Positions 18,246 through 27,684 are shown, numbered from the stretch's first letter. The stretch: DNA of 64,000 nucleotides from Candidatus Saccharimonadales bacterium (GCA_025451045.1 JANWLD010000003.1:69690-133689); one strand, 5' to 3'. Translations and numbers: made by a program. The notes: generated by a model not told the origin, from the letters alone.

Positions 18246-19411
18246 AAAAAACGGTTTTGTTTGAGGATTTGGTAGCTCAAAAAATAGATAATCGAGGCAA
18301 GACGCCTCCTATTATAGATAGCGGATATCCGCTCCTAGAAGTTAATGCTATTTCAAAGAATAGTATTTATCCTGATTCCACAAAGGCGAGAAAATTCGTT
18401 GCTCAAGAAACCTGGGATAACTGGTTTCGCCAACACCTTGAAGAAGGCGACATTTTATTTACTACAGTTGGTACTATCGCCGAGTCAGCAATTGTACCAA
18501 AAAATCCCGGCTATGCTGTTGCGCAAAATATCCTTGGGTTTAGATTTGATAAAAAAGAGATCGAGCCATTTTATGCGCTATATCTAATGCGCAGTAAGTG
18601 GTTTATAGATCAAATTGCCGGGAGAACGGTGGAGACCGTTCAAAAAAGCATAAAATGGGCAGATATGCGGGGAATAAAAATAACCCTGCCGCCCATTAGC
18701 GAACAACAAAAAATAACTGAAATTGCCCGAGGAATTGATGAAATGATTGAGCTGAATCGGCGGATGAATGAGACTTTAGAAAAAATCGGCCAAACCCTTT
18801 TTAAACATTATTTTATAAACAACCCCGAAGCGGAGAAGTGGGAAAGAGGCATTTTGAGCGATATTATCGCGCTTAATCCACGCGAATCAATTCCAAAAAA
18901 CTTTCCGGTGAGATACCTTGAAATGAAGAATGTGCCGGAAGTTGGCATGAGTGTTAAGGCAACTGAGATTCGTAACTTTACGGCCGGCATGAAATACAGG
19001 AATGGGGACACTTTGCTTGCACGAATTACGCCGTGTCTTGAAAATGGAAAAACTGCCTTTGTAGATTTTCTCGATCAGGATGAGGCCGGTTTCGGCTCTA
19101 CAGAATATATTGTCATGAGACCAAAACAGGTTGAGCTGACGGAATATATTTATTTCCTTGCTAGGAGTAGTGTTTTTCGAGCATTTGCTATACAAAGCAT
19201 GGTTGGTACATCAGGCAGGCAGCGCGTGCAAAACGATTCCGTCGCGGCATATGAAGTAGCTATCCCTGATGTAGATTTACTTGCTAAGTTTCATCAAAAA
19301 ATGCAGAAGGCTTTTGCGCAAATCCGAAACAACGCTCGACAAATCCAAACCCTAACCATCCTCCGCGACACCCTCCTACCACACCTAATCTCCGGAAAGA
19401 TAAAAGTATGA
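18242..19411 (+). CDS. hsdS: Type I restriction-modification system, specificity subunit
   Basis: Two variable TRD halves are separated by the conserved helix LPPISEQQKITEIARGIDEMIELNRRMNETLEKIGQTLF. The C-terminal conserved helix is QTLTILRDTLLPHLISGKIKV. The start overlaps the previous stop (ATGA). Confidence 0.9.
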   Translation: MKKTVLFEDLVAQKIDNRGKTPPIIDSGYPLLEVNAISKNSIYPDSTKARKFVAQETWDNWFRQHLEEGDILFTTVGTIAESAIVPKNPGYAVAQNILGFRFDKKEIEPFYALYLMRSKWFIDQIAGRTVETVQKSIKWADMRGIKITLPPISEQQKITEIARGIDEMIELNRRMNETLEKIGQTLFKHYFINNPEAEKWERGILSDIIALNPRESIPKNFPVRYLEMKNVPEVGMSVKATEIRNFTAGMKYRNGDTLLARITPCLENGKTAFVDFLDQDEAGFGSTEYIVMRPKQVELTEYIYFLARSSVFRAFAIQSMVGTSGRQRVQNDSVAAYEVAIPDVDLLAKFHQKMQKAFAQIRNNARQIQTLTILRDTLLPHLISGKIKV

Positions 19412-20541
19412 GCTTGAGCCAAGGGTGGATCACCCCCAAGTATGATCCGATAGAACAAATACCAAACCAACTAAACGCAGGCTTAGATAGTGTTGATATT
19501 TGCAGCCAGTTCACAGCTAGAGCTGTTAAAAATGGTTTTGCTAATTCTGGTCTTAAAGCAATTCAGGATGGGCCAAGAGCAAAAATATTTGTATCAGCCC
19601 TACACATACCTGATATAAAAGAGGGTACCTCGCATCATTTCAAATTAGACATTGTAAAGTTTACAAGACCGAATAAAGACACTCCGTGGAAAAGGATAAA
19701 TTTTCAAACCATAGACAAAAAGGAGAGTATTGACCAGCTCATGACTTTCTTAAGAGAGCAGGCCTCTCTAGTTGGCGTGAAGATTGAAGACAATAAGCAA
19801 TATCAAGCAATTGCTGTAAATAATAAGCTAGGCGTGACCATTGAAAAAGTTCAAGCTTTTGTTGCGGACGCTCTATCTGGAGATAAGGCGGTGGTTGAAA
19901 AAGAGATATTAAAAACTCTTAAACAACAAAGGAGCTCAAAAGAACAAATAAAGCAGTACGAGAATGATCTCGCTGAGTTCAAAAGACTTATAGCGGAACC
20001 GGGGACTACAGAGACAGATATGCAAAATTTTCTTTCAACTCGCTTCTGGTTCTTTGGCCTAGATTATATCCAGAGCCATCTTCGATCAAAACCAAAATTT
20101 AGCACTGGCTTGGGGTCTGAGTATGACTTTCTTCTAGAAGGCTTCAATCAAGTTTATGACATTGCAGAGCTCAAGGGGCCTAATGCAAAGTTAATCGATG
20201 AAGTTAAAGCTTCAGATCGAAAAGGCGCATTCGATCCAAGGGTTGATTATAAATATTCTAGCGATTTTGGACGAGCTCTTCATCAAGTAATTTCTTATTT
20301 GGATGAGTTTGAGCAAAATTTTGGAAAAATAGAGGAGAGCCAGCCATCTATAAAACGATTCAACTATCCCTCTGCTGTTATTGTTATATCAAAAAGAAGT
20401 TTGTTTCCTGAGGCCGGTAAAGATAGTAAAAAATATTTACATTTGCTCAATCGACAGTTTGCAAATATTGACATTCTTACATATGACGATTTGGCAGACA
20501 GAGCAGAAAATATAATAAAATTCATGAAAGAAGAGTCCTGA
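19408..20541 (+). CDS. DUF4263 / Shedu (SduA)-like PD-(D/E)xK nuclease
   Basis: The C-terminal half reads TETDMQNFLSTRFWFFGLDY...GSEYDFLL...YDIAELKGP...ALHQVISYLDEF. This matches the DUF4263 pattern (..fL..nPWl.g..y...D.....ElK...Q..Y). The start overlaps the hsdS stop (ATGA). Confidence 0.6.
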   Translation: MSLSQGWITPKYDPIEQIPNQLNAGLDSVDICSQFTARAVKNGFANSGLKAIQDGPRAKIFVSALHIPDIKEGTSHHFKLDIVKFTRPNKDTPWKRINFQTIDKKESIDQLMTFLREQASLVGVKIEDNKQYQAIAVNNKLGVTIEKVQAFVADALSGDKAVVEKEILKTLKQQRSSKEQIKQYENDLAEFKRLIAEPGTTETDMQNFLSTRFWFFGLDYIQSHLRSKPKFSTGLGSEYDFLLEGFNQVYDIAELKGPNAKLIDEVKASDRKGAFDPRVDYKYSSDFGRALHQVISYLDEFEQNFGKIEESQPSIKRFNYPSAVIVISKRSLFPEAGKDSKKYLHLLNRQFANIDILTYDDLADRAENIIKFMKEES

Positions 20542-20616
20542 CATGGACAAAGCGCAATTACTGACAAGACGACGAGCCTCACTTCTGTTTTTCCTAATGT
20601 CCGTAAAGCTAAAAGT

Positions 20617-21963
20617 ATGATAAATATATCGGAAGAATTATTTATATCAACCATAGATTCTGGATTTTTTAGGCATATAAGAAAAAATAGTGTTTTACCT
20701 CAAGAGATAGATCAGACTCGTGAGGAATATCTAAAACAACTCTATAAGAAAGTTGTTACGGGCGAGTACTTCGTGGCAGGTCCGCGTGCTTTTAAAATAG
20801 AAAGTAAATCTCAAAAAGTTGCTCGGATTATACCTATGTTAACGGTTGCTGATTATTGCGTGTATTACTTTTGTGTCAAGCAGGTAGAGGATGAACTAGC
20901 CATTGATAGAGTAGCAAACACCTACGGAGCATTTAGCCTTGGAGGTATAATTAGGGATTCTGAAGAAGATCAACTAGACGCCATAAGCCTTGAATTACCA
21001 TCAACTCCATCAAGAGCTTACAATATGCTGGGTTGGATTGAATCATGGAAAGACTTTCAGAAAAAAGTTTGGCTTACTGCAAGTTCTGCGAATACTTCTG
21101 AATTTCTGTTTTCTGATATTGCTAACTTTTATGACACCATTGACCTAGACAAGCTAGAGGCAAAAATTAGACATGCTGTTCCAAAGGATAAGCTTCCAGT
21201 AATACACTTATTGTTTTCATTTTTAAAAAACTGGAATAGAAAAATCTATGGATACGCCCATCAGACAAAGGGATTGCCCCAGGATGAGGTGGGCGATTGT
21301 TCGCGCTTATTGGCTAATTTTTACCTACAGAATTATGATGAGAAAATTAGTAAATATTGTGATGATATTAATGTGACTTATTTTAGATATGCTGATGATC
21401 AAATTTTCATGTCTAACTCTAAAAAAGACAATCTGAAGGCTCTATACAAGGCATCTGTGCTACTCCACAATGAAGGATTAAATTTTGGTGTTTCCAAAGT
21501 AAAAATTCAGGATGAAAGTGAATTCTCCATATATTGGGCATTTGAAATATTTGATCTTCTAGGAGATTCAAATGACAAAGCCAGGGTTACTCAAGGCACA
21601 GAAAAGTATATAGCGTGGTCTAGTGAATACGGAAAAGATAAGTTTAGATGGTGGTCGGTGTTACTAAGGATTATTAGTTGTGATATATCGAGCTTATCAC
21701 CAGAACTAAGAGAAGGTATATTTACGGATCTGCTAAAAGAGGAATTTTTATTAGATCAATCATCATATGTTTTTAAGAGAATCCATAACGCTTTAGAGGA
21801 ATCTAAACGCAAAGACTTTATCGAAGTTCTATACAGTCTATCAAAAGAGAGCAGGTTCAATGCTTATCTGTACGAACTTCTTGACTTACAAAGAAGAATT
21901 GAAGTCTTCACAAAGGAACAGATTACTAAGATAGAAGAAAGAATAGAGGAATTGTCTTTATGA
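20617..21963 (+). CDS. Reverse transcriptase, defence-associated Abi/UG-like
   Basis: RT motifs are present: 1/2 KVARIIPMLTVADYCVYY, A FSDIANFYDTID, B GLPQDEVGDCSRLLANFYL, C FRYADDQIF (YADD = 21388-21399) and D/E LNFGVSKVKI. The helical C-terminal 150 aa has no endonuclease, maturase or retron VTG features. Confidence 0.85.
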   Translation: MINISEELFISTIDSGFFRHIRKNSVLPQEIDQTREEYLKQLYKKVVTGEYFVAGPRAFKIESKSQKVARIIPMLTVADYCVYYFCVKQVEDELAIDRVANTYGAFSLGGIIRDSEEDQLDAISLELPSTPSRAYNMLGWIESWKDFQKKVWLTASSANTSEFLFSDIANFYDTIDLDKLEAKIRHAVPKDKLPVIHLLFSFLKNWNRKIYGYAHQTKGLPQDEVGDCSRLLANFYLQNYDEKISKYCDDINVTYFRYADDQIFMSNSKKDNLKALYKASVLLHNEGLNFGVSKVKIQDESEFSIYWAFEIFDLLGDSNDKARVTQGTEKYIAWSSEYGKDKFRWWSVLLRIISCDISSLSPELREGIFTDLLKEEFLLDQSSYVFKRIHNALEESKRKDFIEVLYSLSKESRFNAYLYELLDLQRRIEVFTKEQITKIEERIEELSL

Positions 21964-22688
21964 ATTATAGATTAGTAGCAAATCAAATAGGTGATTTATT
22001 GAAATATGCTACCACCTACAACGAAATAGAACGTGCAGCGAAGTCTATATTTACCTTTCAAAAAGAAAAATTCCCTAATGATTCAATAACATCTGTTAGG
22101 GCACAGGCTTTTCATGACTGGGTTTTAACTCTTGCAAAACAATCAATGACCAATGAAGATCGGAATGATTTGTTGGTTCAATTTGTTTCTATCGTTACGC
22201 CGGAAGATCTAGAAAACGATGTAGATAAAATCTTAAAGAAAGCAAAAATTGACCTTAAAGTAGGATCTGTTATCTCGGATGATTTTATGAGTAGAAACTT
22301 TCATGAAGAAATCCATAAACACTGTCGAAAACTATTCATTCAAGAAAATTATTTTCATGCAGTATTTGAAGCGGCAAAAGTCTATAACAAACTTGTCCAA
22401 AAAAAGTCCCAAAACCAAAGAGACGGACAAGGCTTAATGTTAGATGTTTTTTCTTTAAAGGGAGTACTGAAACTTAATACTGGACGCACTCAAACAGAAA
22501 AAAATGTACAGGAAAGCGTTAAATTTTTATCTGCCGGATTAATGCAAGCGATGCGTAATCCAACCGCTCATGAACCAGCGCTTGATTGGCCTATATCAAA
22601 AGAGGACTGTTTAGACATGCTCAGTTTTATATCTTATTTGTTTAGACAATTAGACAAAGCAATTTATTTTAAAAGTACTGCTAATTAA
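21960..22688 (+). CDS. HEPN-domain protein of the TIGR02391 (Hypoth_Ymh) type
   Basis: C-terminal GLMQAMRNPTAHEP (Rx4H at 22554-22571), preceded by DGQGLMLDVFS and followed by EDCLDMLSFISYLFRQLD. The start overlaps the RT stop (ATGA). Confidence 0.75.
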   Translation: MNYRLVANQIGDLLKYATTYNEIERAAKSIFTFQKEKFPNDSITSVRAQAFHDWVLTLAKQSMTNEDRNDLLVQFVSIVTPEDLENDVDKILKKAKIDLKVGSVISDDFMSRNFHEEIHKHCRKLFIQENYFHAVFEAAKVYNKLVQKKSQNQRDGQGLMLDVFSLKGVLKLNTGRTQTEKNVQESVKFLSAGLMQAMRNPTAHEPALDWPISKEDCLDMLSFISYLFRQLDKAIYFKSTAN

Positions 22689-22963
22689 AAACGTTTGCGC
22701 CTTGCTACATTAATGAATTGTTCAAAACTTGTCATCTCCCTACGAGTCATAGGAATTTTGTCGAATACTCCGGTAGGAACTTTATCACTACCTTCAATTA
22801 TTATTCCTTTTTCTACTTCTTTTGAGGAGTATTTATTTTCAAGTTGATCAATATATTCCTGATACTCTTGGTTATTTGATGCGAAAGATTTACTTTTTTC
22901 TTCTTTGCCATCACTTAATAAAACTAATAGGACCACCATTACATGCTTAATTGTAGCGGTCAT
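22685..22963 (-). CDS. Hypothetical small protein (antisense to the operon); doubtful
   Basis: A 92-aa ORF exactly fills the spacer between the HEPN gene and hsdR. It has a hydrophobic N-terminus (VMVVLLVLL) and no motif. Confidence 0.3.
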   Translation of the reverse strand: MTATIKHVMVVLLVLLSDGKEEKSKSFASNNQEYQEYIDQLENKYSSKEVEKGIIIEGSDKVPTGVFDKIPMTRREMTSFEQFINVARRKRF

Positions 22964-25900
22964 TGTATACTAGTCAACAAATGACCGAAGATAAAGTAGA
23001 GCAAGAAGCGCTGAAAATACTAGCTAATTTAGGCTGGGAAGTTTTGAACGGACCGGAAATTGGCCCGGATGGCTCCGGCGAGCGACAATATCACGAAGTG
23101 TTTTTAGATAAAAAATTGACTGCTGCTGTACAAAAACTTAATCCGCAAATACCAAAAGAAGGCTTAGATAAAGTAAGAACTTTATTGAGCAGGAGTACCG
23201 CACCGACGCTACTAACTGATAATCATACCTTTCATAACCTTTTAGTTAATGGCCTGGATTATGAATACCGAAATAAAAACGGTGAAATAAGAACGGATAA
23301 AGTCTGGCTGTTTGACTTTGAAAACCTTGAAAATAACGAATTTGTGGCAGTAAACCAACTAACTGTTTTGCAAGGCGAGCATAACCGCCGGCCAGACATA
23401 GTGCTGTTTGTAAACGGCTTGCCGCTGGTAGTGATAGAGCTAAAAAATGCTGGGGATGCTAAGGCAGATGTGCGAGCGGCTTTTCGGCAAATACAGACAT
23501 ATAAAGACCAGATAAACGCGCTCTTTAGATTTAATGAACTGTGCGTGATAAGCGACGGGCTGGATGCACGGATGGGTACTATAAGCTCTGACTTTGAACG
23601 ATTTATGACATGGAAAACCATAGACGGCGAGAAGGAAGTAGGAAATGTCCCAATGCTGGAAGTACTACTACGCGGCGCGTGCGATAAGTCCAGACTGCTT
23701 GATATAGTGCGGAACTTCATAGTGTTTGAGCGGTCTGATGTGAATGAACAGAACTATATAAAAAAGGTTGCGGCATACCACCAGTATTGGGCAGTTAAAA
23801 AAGCAGTAAACAGTACGGTAGGGGCGACTAAGCCAGATTCTGACCACCGAGCAGGTGTAGTCTGGCATACGCAAGGTTCTGGCAAGTCACTATCTATGGC
23901 GTTTTATGCAGGATTATTGACTGTATCGCCAGAGCTAAAGAACCCCACAATATTAGTTGTAACGGACAGAAATGATCTGGATGGACAGCTTTTTGGTACG
24001 TTTGCGGCTTGTCATGATTTACTGCGACAAGAACCTGTGCAGGCGCACACCCGAAAAGAACTGAGAGAACTGCTGAATAGAGAATCTGGCGGAGTGATCT
24101 TTACCACTATACAGAAATTCTCACCAGGTGAAGATGAAGATACGTTGCCAGTTTTGAGCCCAAGAAACAACATAATAGTCATAGCTGATGAAGCACACCG
24201 TAGCCAATACGGGCTAAAAGCTCGCGTGCGAGAAAGCGATGCACAGCTGGTGTATGGATATGCAAAATATATGCGTGATGCATTGCCGGGAGCTAGCTAT
24301 ATAGGCTTTACCGGAACGCCAATAGAGCGTGAAGATAAATCTACCCCAGCGGTTTTTGGCGAATACATAGACATATACGACATACAGCAGGCCGTAGAAG
24401 ACCAAGCAACCGTGCCTATATATTATGAAAGCCGCCTGATAGACCTGGGCATGGATGAAACAACCAAAAAGTGGCTGGATAGTGAAGTAGAAAACCTGCT
24501 TGAGGGCGAAGAGCTATCACGCCAGGATAAGTTAAAGGCTGAATGGACACAAAAAGAAGCAATAGTGGGCAACACGGAGAGACTAAAGCTAATTGCCAAA
24601 GACATAGTTAAGCATTTTGAGGAACGTCAAACAGCGATAGAGGGCAAGGCCATGATTGTGACTATGAGCCGAAGGATTGCAGCTGCTTTGTATGATGAGA
24701 TTATTAAGCTTAGGCCAGAGTGGCACAATGAAGATGACGACAAAGGTCTAATAAAAGTCGTTATGACTGGCTCGGCGTCTGATGAGCAGGCGCTACAAAA
24801 ACATTTAAGAAGCAAAGATAAACAAAAGGCCCTGGCGGCGAGGATGAAAGATGTTGATTCTGAGCTAAAGCTAGTGATTGTGTGCGACATGTGGTTAACA
24901 GGATTTGACGTGCCGAATATGCATACAATGTATTTGGATAAACCATTAAAAGGGCATAACTTGATGCAAGCGATAGCAAGGGTAAACAGAGTTTATCCTG
25001 GGAAAATTGGCGGCTTGGTCGTGGACTATTTGGGAGTTGCAGCTGCACTACGTGAAGCAATGGCAGATTATACCGAAAGTGGCGGGGAAGGAACGCCTAC
25101 TTTGGACCAAGACAAAGCCGTGAAGATCATGAAGCAGAAATATGAAATCGTTCGAGATATGTTCCATGGGTTTGATTACAAAAAATATTTTGATGCTGAA
25201 ACCGGGGAGCAACTGCAGATTATTCTGGATGCCGAAGAACATATAACCGCCATGGATAATGGCCCGAAGAGATTGAAGCAACACGTTGTAGAACTGGGTA
25301 AAGCATTTGGTCTAGCTATGCCACGACCAGAGGCTCTGGAGCTGCGCGAGGAAGTAGCATTATTCCAGGCAGTCAATGCACGCCTAGAGAAAATAGATGG
25401 CCCTAGGGGTGGACCAACTGATGAAGATTACCGGATGGCAATAAAGCAAATTGTAGATAAAGCTATAGCCCCCGTGGGTGTAGTAGATATCTTTACTGCT
25501 GCAGGCCTAGAAAAGCCGAATTTGTCTATATTGTCTGATGAATTCTTGGCAGAAATGCGCAATATGGAGCGTAAAAATTTGGCGGCGATTGTTCTGCAGA
25601 AACTCTTAGACGATGAGATAAAAGTTAGGTTCAAACGAAATGCGGTAAAAACTCAGCAATTTTCAGAAATGCTGGAAGAGGCATTGGCTCGATATAAAAA
25701 CGGAACCATTGAGGCTGCGCAGGTAGTAGAAGAACTTATAAAGATTGCAAGAAATGTCCGAGAAGAAGTAAAAGAAAACGAAGAAAGCGGGCTTAGCGAA
25801 GCGGAGTTAGCTTTTTATGATGCTTTGGTGGCTCATGGGACAGCCAGAGAAGTAATGGGAGATGAAAAGCTTAGAGAACTTTCTAGGTTGTTGGTGCAAA

Positions 25901-26076
25901 GGGTCCGAAATAATGTATCCATAGACTGGACAATGCGGGAATCGGCACAAGCGAGACTGCGTGTAGAAGTAAAGAAGCTCCTACGAGAGTTTGGCTACCC
26001 GCCTGATAATCAAGCAATTGCTACAAAGTTAGTACTTGAACAAGCAAGCCTGTTTGCTGAAGAAGAGATTAAATAA
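22963..26076 (+). CDS. hsdR: Type I restriction enzyme, endonuclease/translocase subunit
   Basis: N-terminal nuclease region (PDIVLFVNGLPLVVIELK), helicase motif I TQGSGKS, motif II VIADEAHRSQ, and motif VI QAIARVNR. The track start is TTG 22963; ATG 22981 (MTEDKVEQEALKIL) is more likely. Confidence 0.95.
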   Translation: MYTSQQMTEDKVEQEALKILANLGWEVLNGPEIGPDGSGERQYHEVFLDKKLTAAVQKLNPQIPKEGLDKVRTLLSRSTAPTLLTDNHTFHNLLVNGLDYEYRNKNGEIRTDKVWLFDFENLENNEFVAVNQLTVLQGEHNRRPDIVLFVNGLPLVVIELKNAGDAKADVRAAFRQIQTYKDQINALFRFNELCVISDGLDARMGTISSDFERFMTWKTIDGEKEVGNVPMLEVLLRGACDKSRLLDIVRNFIVFERSDVNEQNYIKKVAAYHQYWAVKKAVNSTVGATKPDSDHRAGVVWHTQGSGKSLSMAFYAGLLTVSPELKNPTILVVTDRNDLDGQLFGTFAACHDLLRQEPVQAHTRKELRELLNRESGGVIFTTIQKFSPGEDEDTLPVLSPRNNIIVIADEAHRSQYGLKARVRESDAQLVYGYAKYMRDALPGASYIGFTGTPIEREDKSTPAVFGEYIDIYDIQQAVEDQATVPIYYESRLIDLGMDETTKKWLDSEVENLLEGEELSRQDKLKAEWTQKEAIVGNTERLKLIAKDIVKHFEERQTAIEGKAMIVTMSRRIAAALYDEIIKLRPEWHNEDDDKGLIKVVMTGSASDEQALQKHLRSKDKQKALAARMKDVDSELKLVIVCDMWLTGFDVPNMHTMYLDKPLKGHNLMQAIARVNRVYPGKIGGLVVDYLGVAAALREAMADYTESGGEGTPTLDQDKAVKIMKQKYEIVRDMFHGFDYKKYFDAETGEQLQIILDAEEHITAMDNGPKRLKQHVVELGKAFGLAMPRPEALELREEVALFQAVNARLEKIDGPRGGPTDEDYRMAIKQIVDKAIAPVGVVDIFTAAGLEKPNLSILSDEFLAEMRNMERKNLAAIVLQKLLDDEIKVRFKRNAVKTQQFSEMLEEALARYKNGTIEAAQVVEELIKIARNVREEVKENEESGLSEAELAFYDALVAHGTAREVMGDEKLRELSRLLVQRVRNNVSIDWTMRESAQARLRVEVKKLLREFGYPPDNQAIATKLVLEQASLFAEEEIK

Positions 26077-26113
26077 ATTCAAGAGCTAGCTTTACTAAAG
26101 GATTTGAATAGCC

Positions 26114-26142
26114 TTGTAAATTATTAAGTTTTATTCTATAAT
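26114..26142 (+). promoter_or_regulatory. Sigma70-type promoter candidate for the 26153 ORF
   Basis: TTGTAA (26114-26119), a 17-bp spacer, then TATAAT (26137-26142). Confidence 0.45.
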
Positions 26143-26152
26143 AATACTTAAT

Positions 26153-26482
26153 ATGCCTATTGAAGTTTTGATGCGAGGTCCTAAAGGAGAAGTTGCTTTA
26201 GGTAAAATAGAATCTGGTATGCCAGGTACTTTTAGTGACTATTCTACTGAGCCGCCAATGGTTATATCGGCGATGTGTTCTTGGGATTCAAGTGAAGGCA
26301 TGGTATATCACGTGCCTGGGAATACACAGGCTAAGTCAAAGCTAACTTTTATACCAGCATCGGCTTACAATGACGAGAATCTAGCCCAGAAGTTGACTTC
26401 AAAAGACAATACTTATGAAAAAGATATTATGAACAGTAATGGTAGGAAAGGCCGGCTGGTCTTAAGACTTACACAAAAATAA
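26153..26482 (+). CDS. Hypothetical protein
   Basis: 109-aa ORF downstream of a promoter-like sequence. No motifs. Confidence 0.5.
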   Translation: MPIEVLMRGPKGEVALGKIESGMPGTFSDYSTEPPMVISAMCSWDSSEGMVYHVPGNTQAKSKLTFIPASAYNDENLAQKLTSKDNTYEKDIMNSNGRKGRLVLRLTQK

Positions 26483-26502
26483 AAATTCTTAAAAACTAAT
26501 GT

Positions 26503-27684
26503 TTAGTAGTTGGTTTTTTCGACAAAAGTCAGGGCGTTGCCTGCTTTTCCGGCACGGCCGGCACGGCCTATGCGGTGGATATAATCGTCGTAGCTGGCCG
26601 GAGTAGAATAGTTGATGACATGTGTGATATCGGTGACATCGATACCCCGTGCCGCGACATCGGTTGCCACCAAAACGGTAATATTATTTTCCCGAAAATG
26701 ATTAAGCGCGCGCTGGCGAGAACCTTGAGTTTTGCCGCCGTGGATGGCGCCTGATTTGAAACCCCGGCTGGCAAGTTCTTTGCTGAGTCTTTCCACACTG
26801 CGCTGGGTGTCGTCAAAGACAAGAGCCTTTTTGACGTTTTCGTCTATTAAAAGATCATGGAGTTTGCCAATCTTTTCATTGGACGAGTTGTATTGAACGA
26901 TATTCTGCTCGACAAAGTCGCTGGTGTCGCCTTGTTTGACTGAAACGGTCACCGGGCTATTCATAAATGTTTGTATCAGAGCGTTAATCTTCGCGTCAAT
27001 TGTAGCGGAGAAGAATAGCGACTGCCGGTTTGGGCTGACTTGCCCAAGGATTGAACGAATATCGCCTATAAAGCCCATGTCCACCATGCGGTCGACTTCG
27101 TCCAGTACGACAATGTTGAACCTAGATAAATCGAGACTGCCGCGCTGTAAATGGTCCTTTATGCGTCCCGGGGTGCCGATGACTACATTCGGCCTTTCGC
27201 GAAGTCCGCGTAGCTGTTTGCCCATAGGCGAGCCGCCGATAAGAACAACGCCGCCAAGTCCGCTGCGCCGGGCAAACGAGATACATTCGTCCTCTATCTG
27301 CTGGGCCAGTTCGCGGGTTGGAGCTATGATGATAGCACGGGAGTTTTGGTCGACTATAAGGCGCTGAAGTATCGGTATAGCAAAGGCCGCGGTCTTTCCG
27401 GTACCGGTGTTGGCTATGCCGATAACATCTTTGCCGGCTAGCGCGTGCGGGATGGTTTGATCCTGGATAGGTGAAGGGGCTATGTAGCCTTTGGCTTTGA
27501 TATTTTCTTTCAGTAGAGGGTGAATATCAAAATCATCAAAATTATGTGTGGGCTCGTAAGCCTCAGCTTGCACTTGTTTGGCGGCTTTTATAAATTTGCC
27601 GGGGTGGATGTATTGCTTCCGGCGCGAACCATAGCTTGGCCGGCGATTGCGAGTATTCCTAGAAGAATACGATGAATAAGACAT
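26503..27684 (-). CDS. DEAD-box ATP-dependent RNA helicase
   Basis: Q motif (GYIAPSPIQ), I ANTGTGKTAAF, Ia PTRELA, II VLDEVD (a DEAD variant), III SAT and VI HRIGRAGRAG. The N-terminal tail is basic. Confidence 0.92.
   Translation of the reverse strand: MSYSSYSSRNTRNRRPSYGSRRKQYIHPGKFIKAAKQVQAEAYEPTHNFDDFDIHPLLKENIKAKGYIAPSPIQDQTIPHALAGKDVIGIANTGTGKTAAFAIPILQRLIVDQNSRAIIIAPTRELAQQIEDECISFARRSGLGGVVLIGGSPMGKQLRGLRERPNVVIGTPGRIKDHLQRGSLDLSRFNIVVLDEVDRMVDMGFIGDIRSILGQVSPNRQSLFFSATIDAKINALIQTFMNSPVTVSVKQGDTSDFVEQNIVQYNSSNEKIGKLHDLLIDENVKKALVFDDTQRSVERLSKELASRGFKSGAIHGGKTQGSRQRALNHFRENNITVLVATDVAARGIDVTDITHVINYSTPASYDDYIHRIGRAGRAGKAGNALTFVEKTNY

Noticed and set aside
20542-20616. Retron-like msr/msd or DRT template RNA immediately upstream of the RT.
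   Set aside because: The gap is only 75 nt, with no inverted a1/a2-type repeats or long stem visible, and the RT lacks retron hallmarks. No call can be made from sequence alone.
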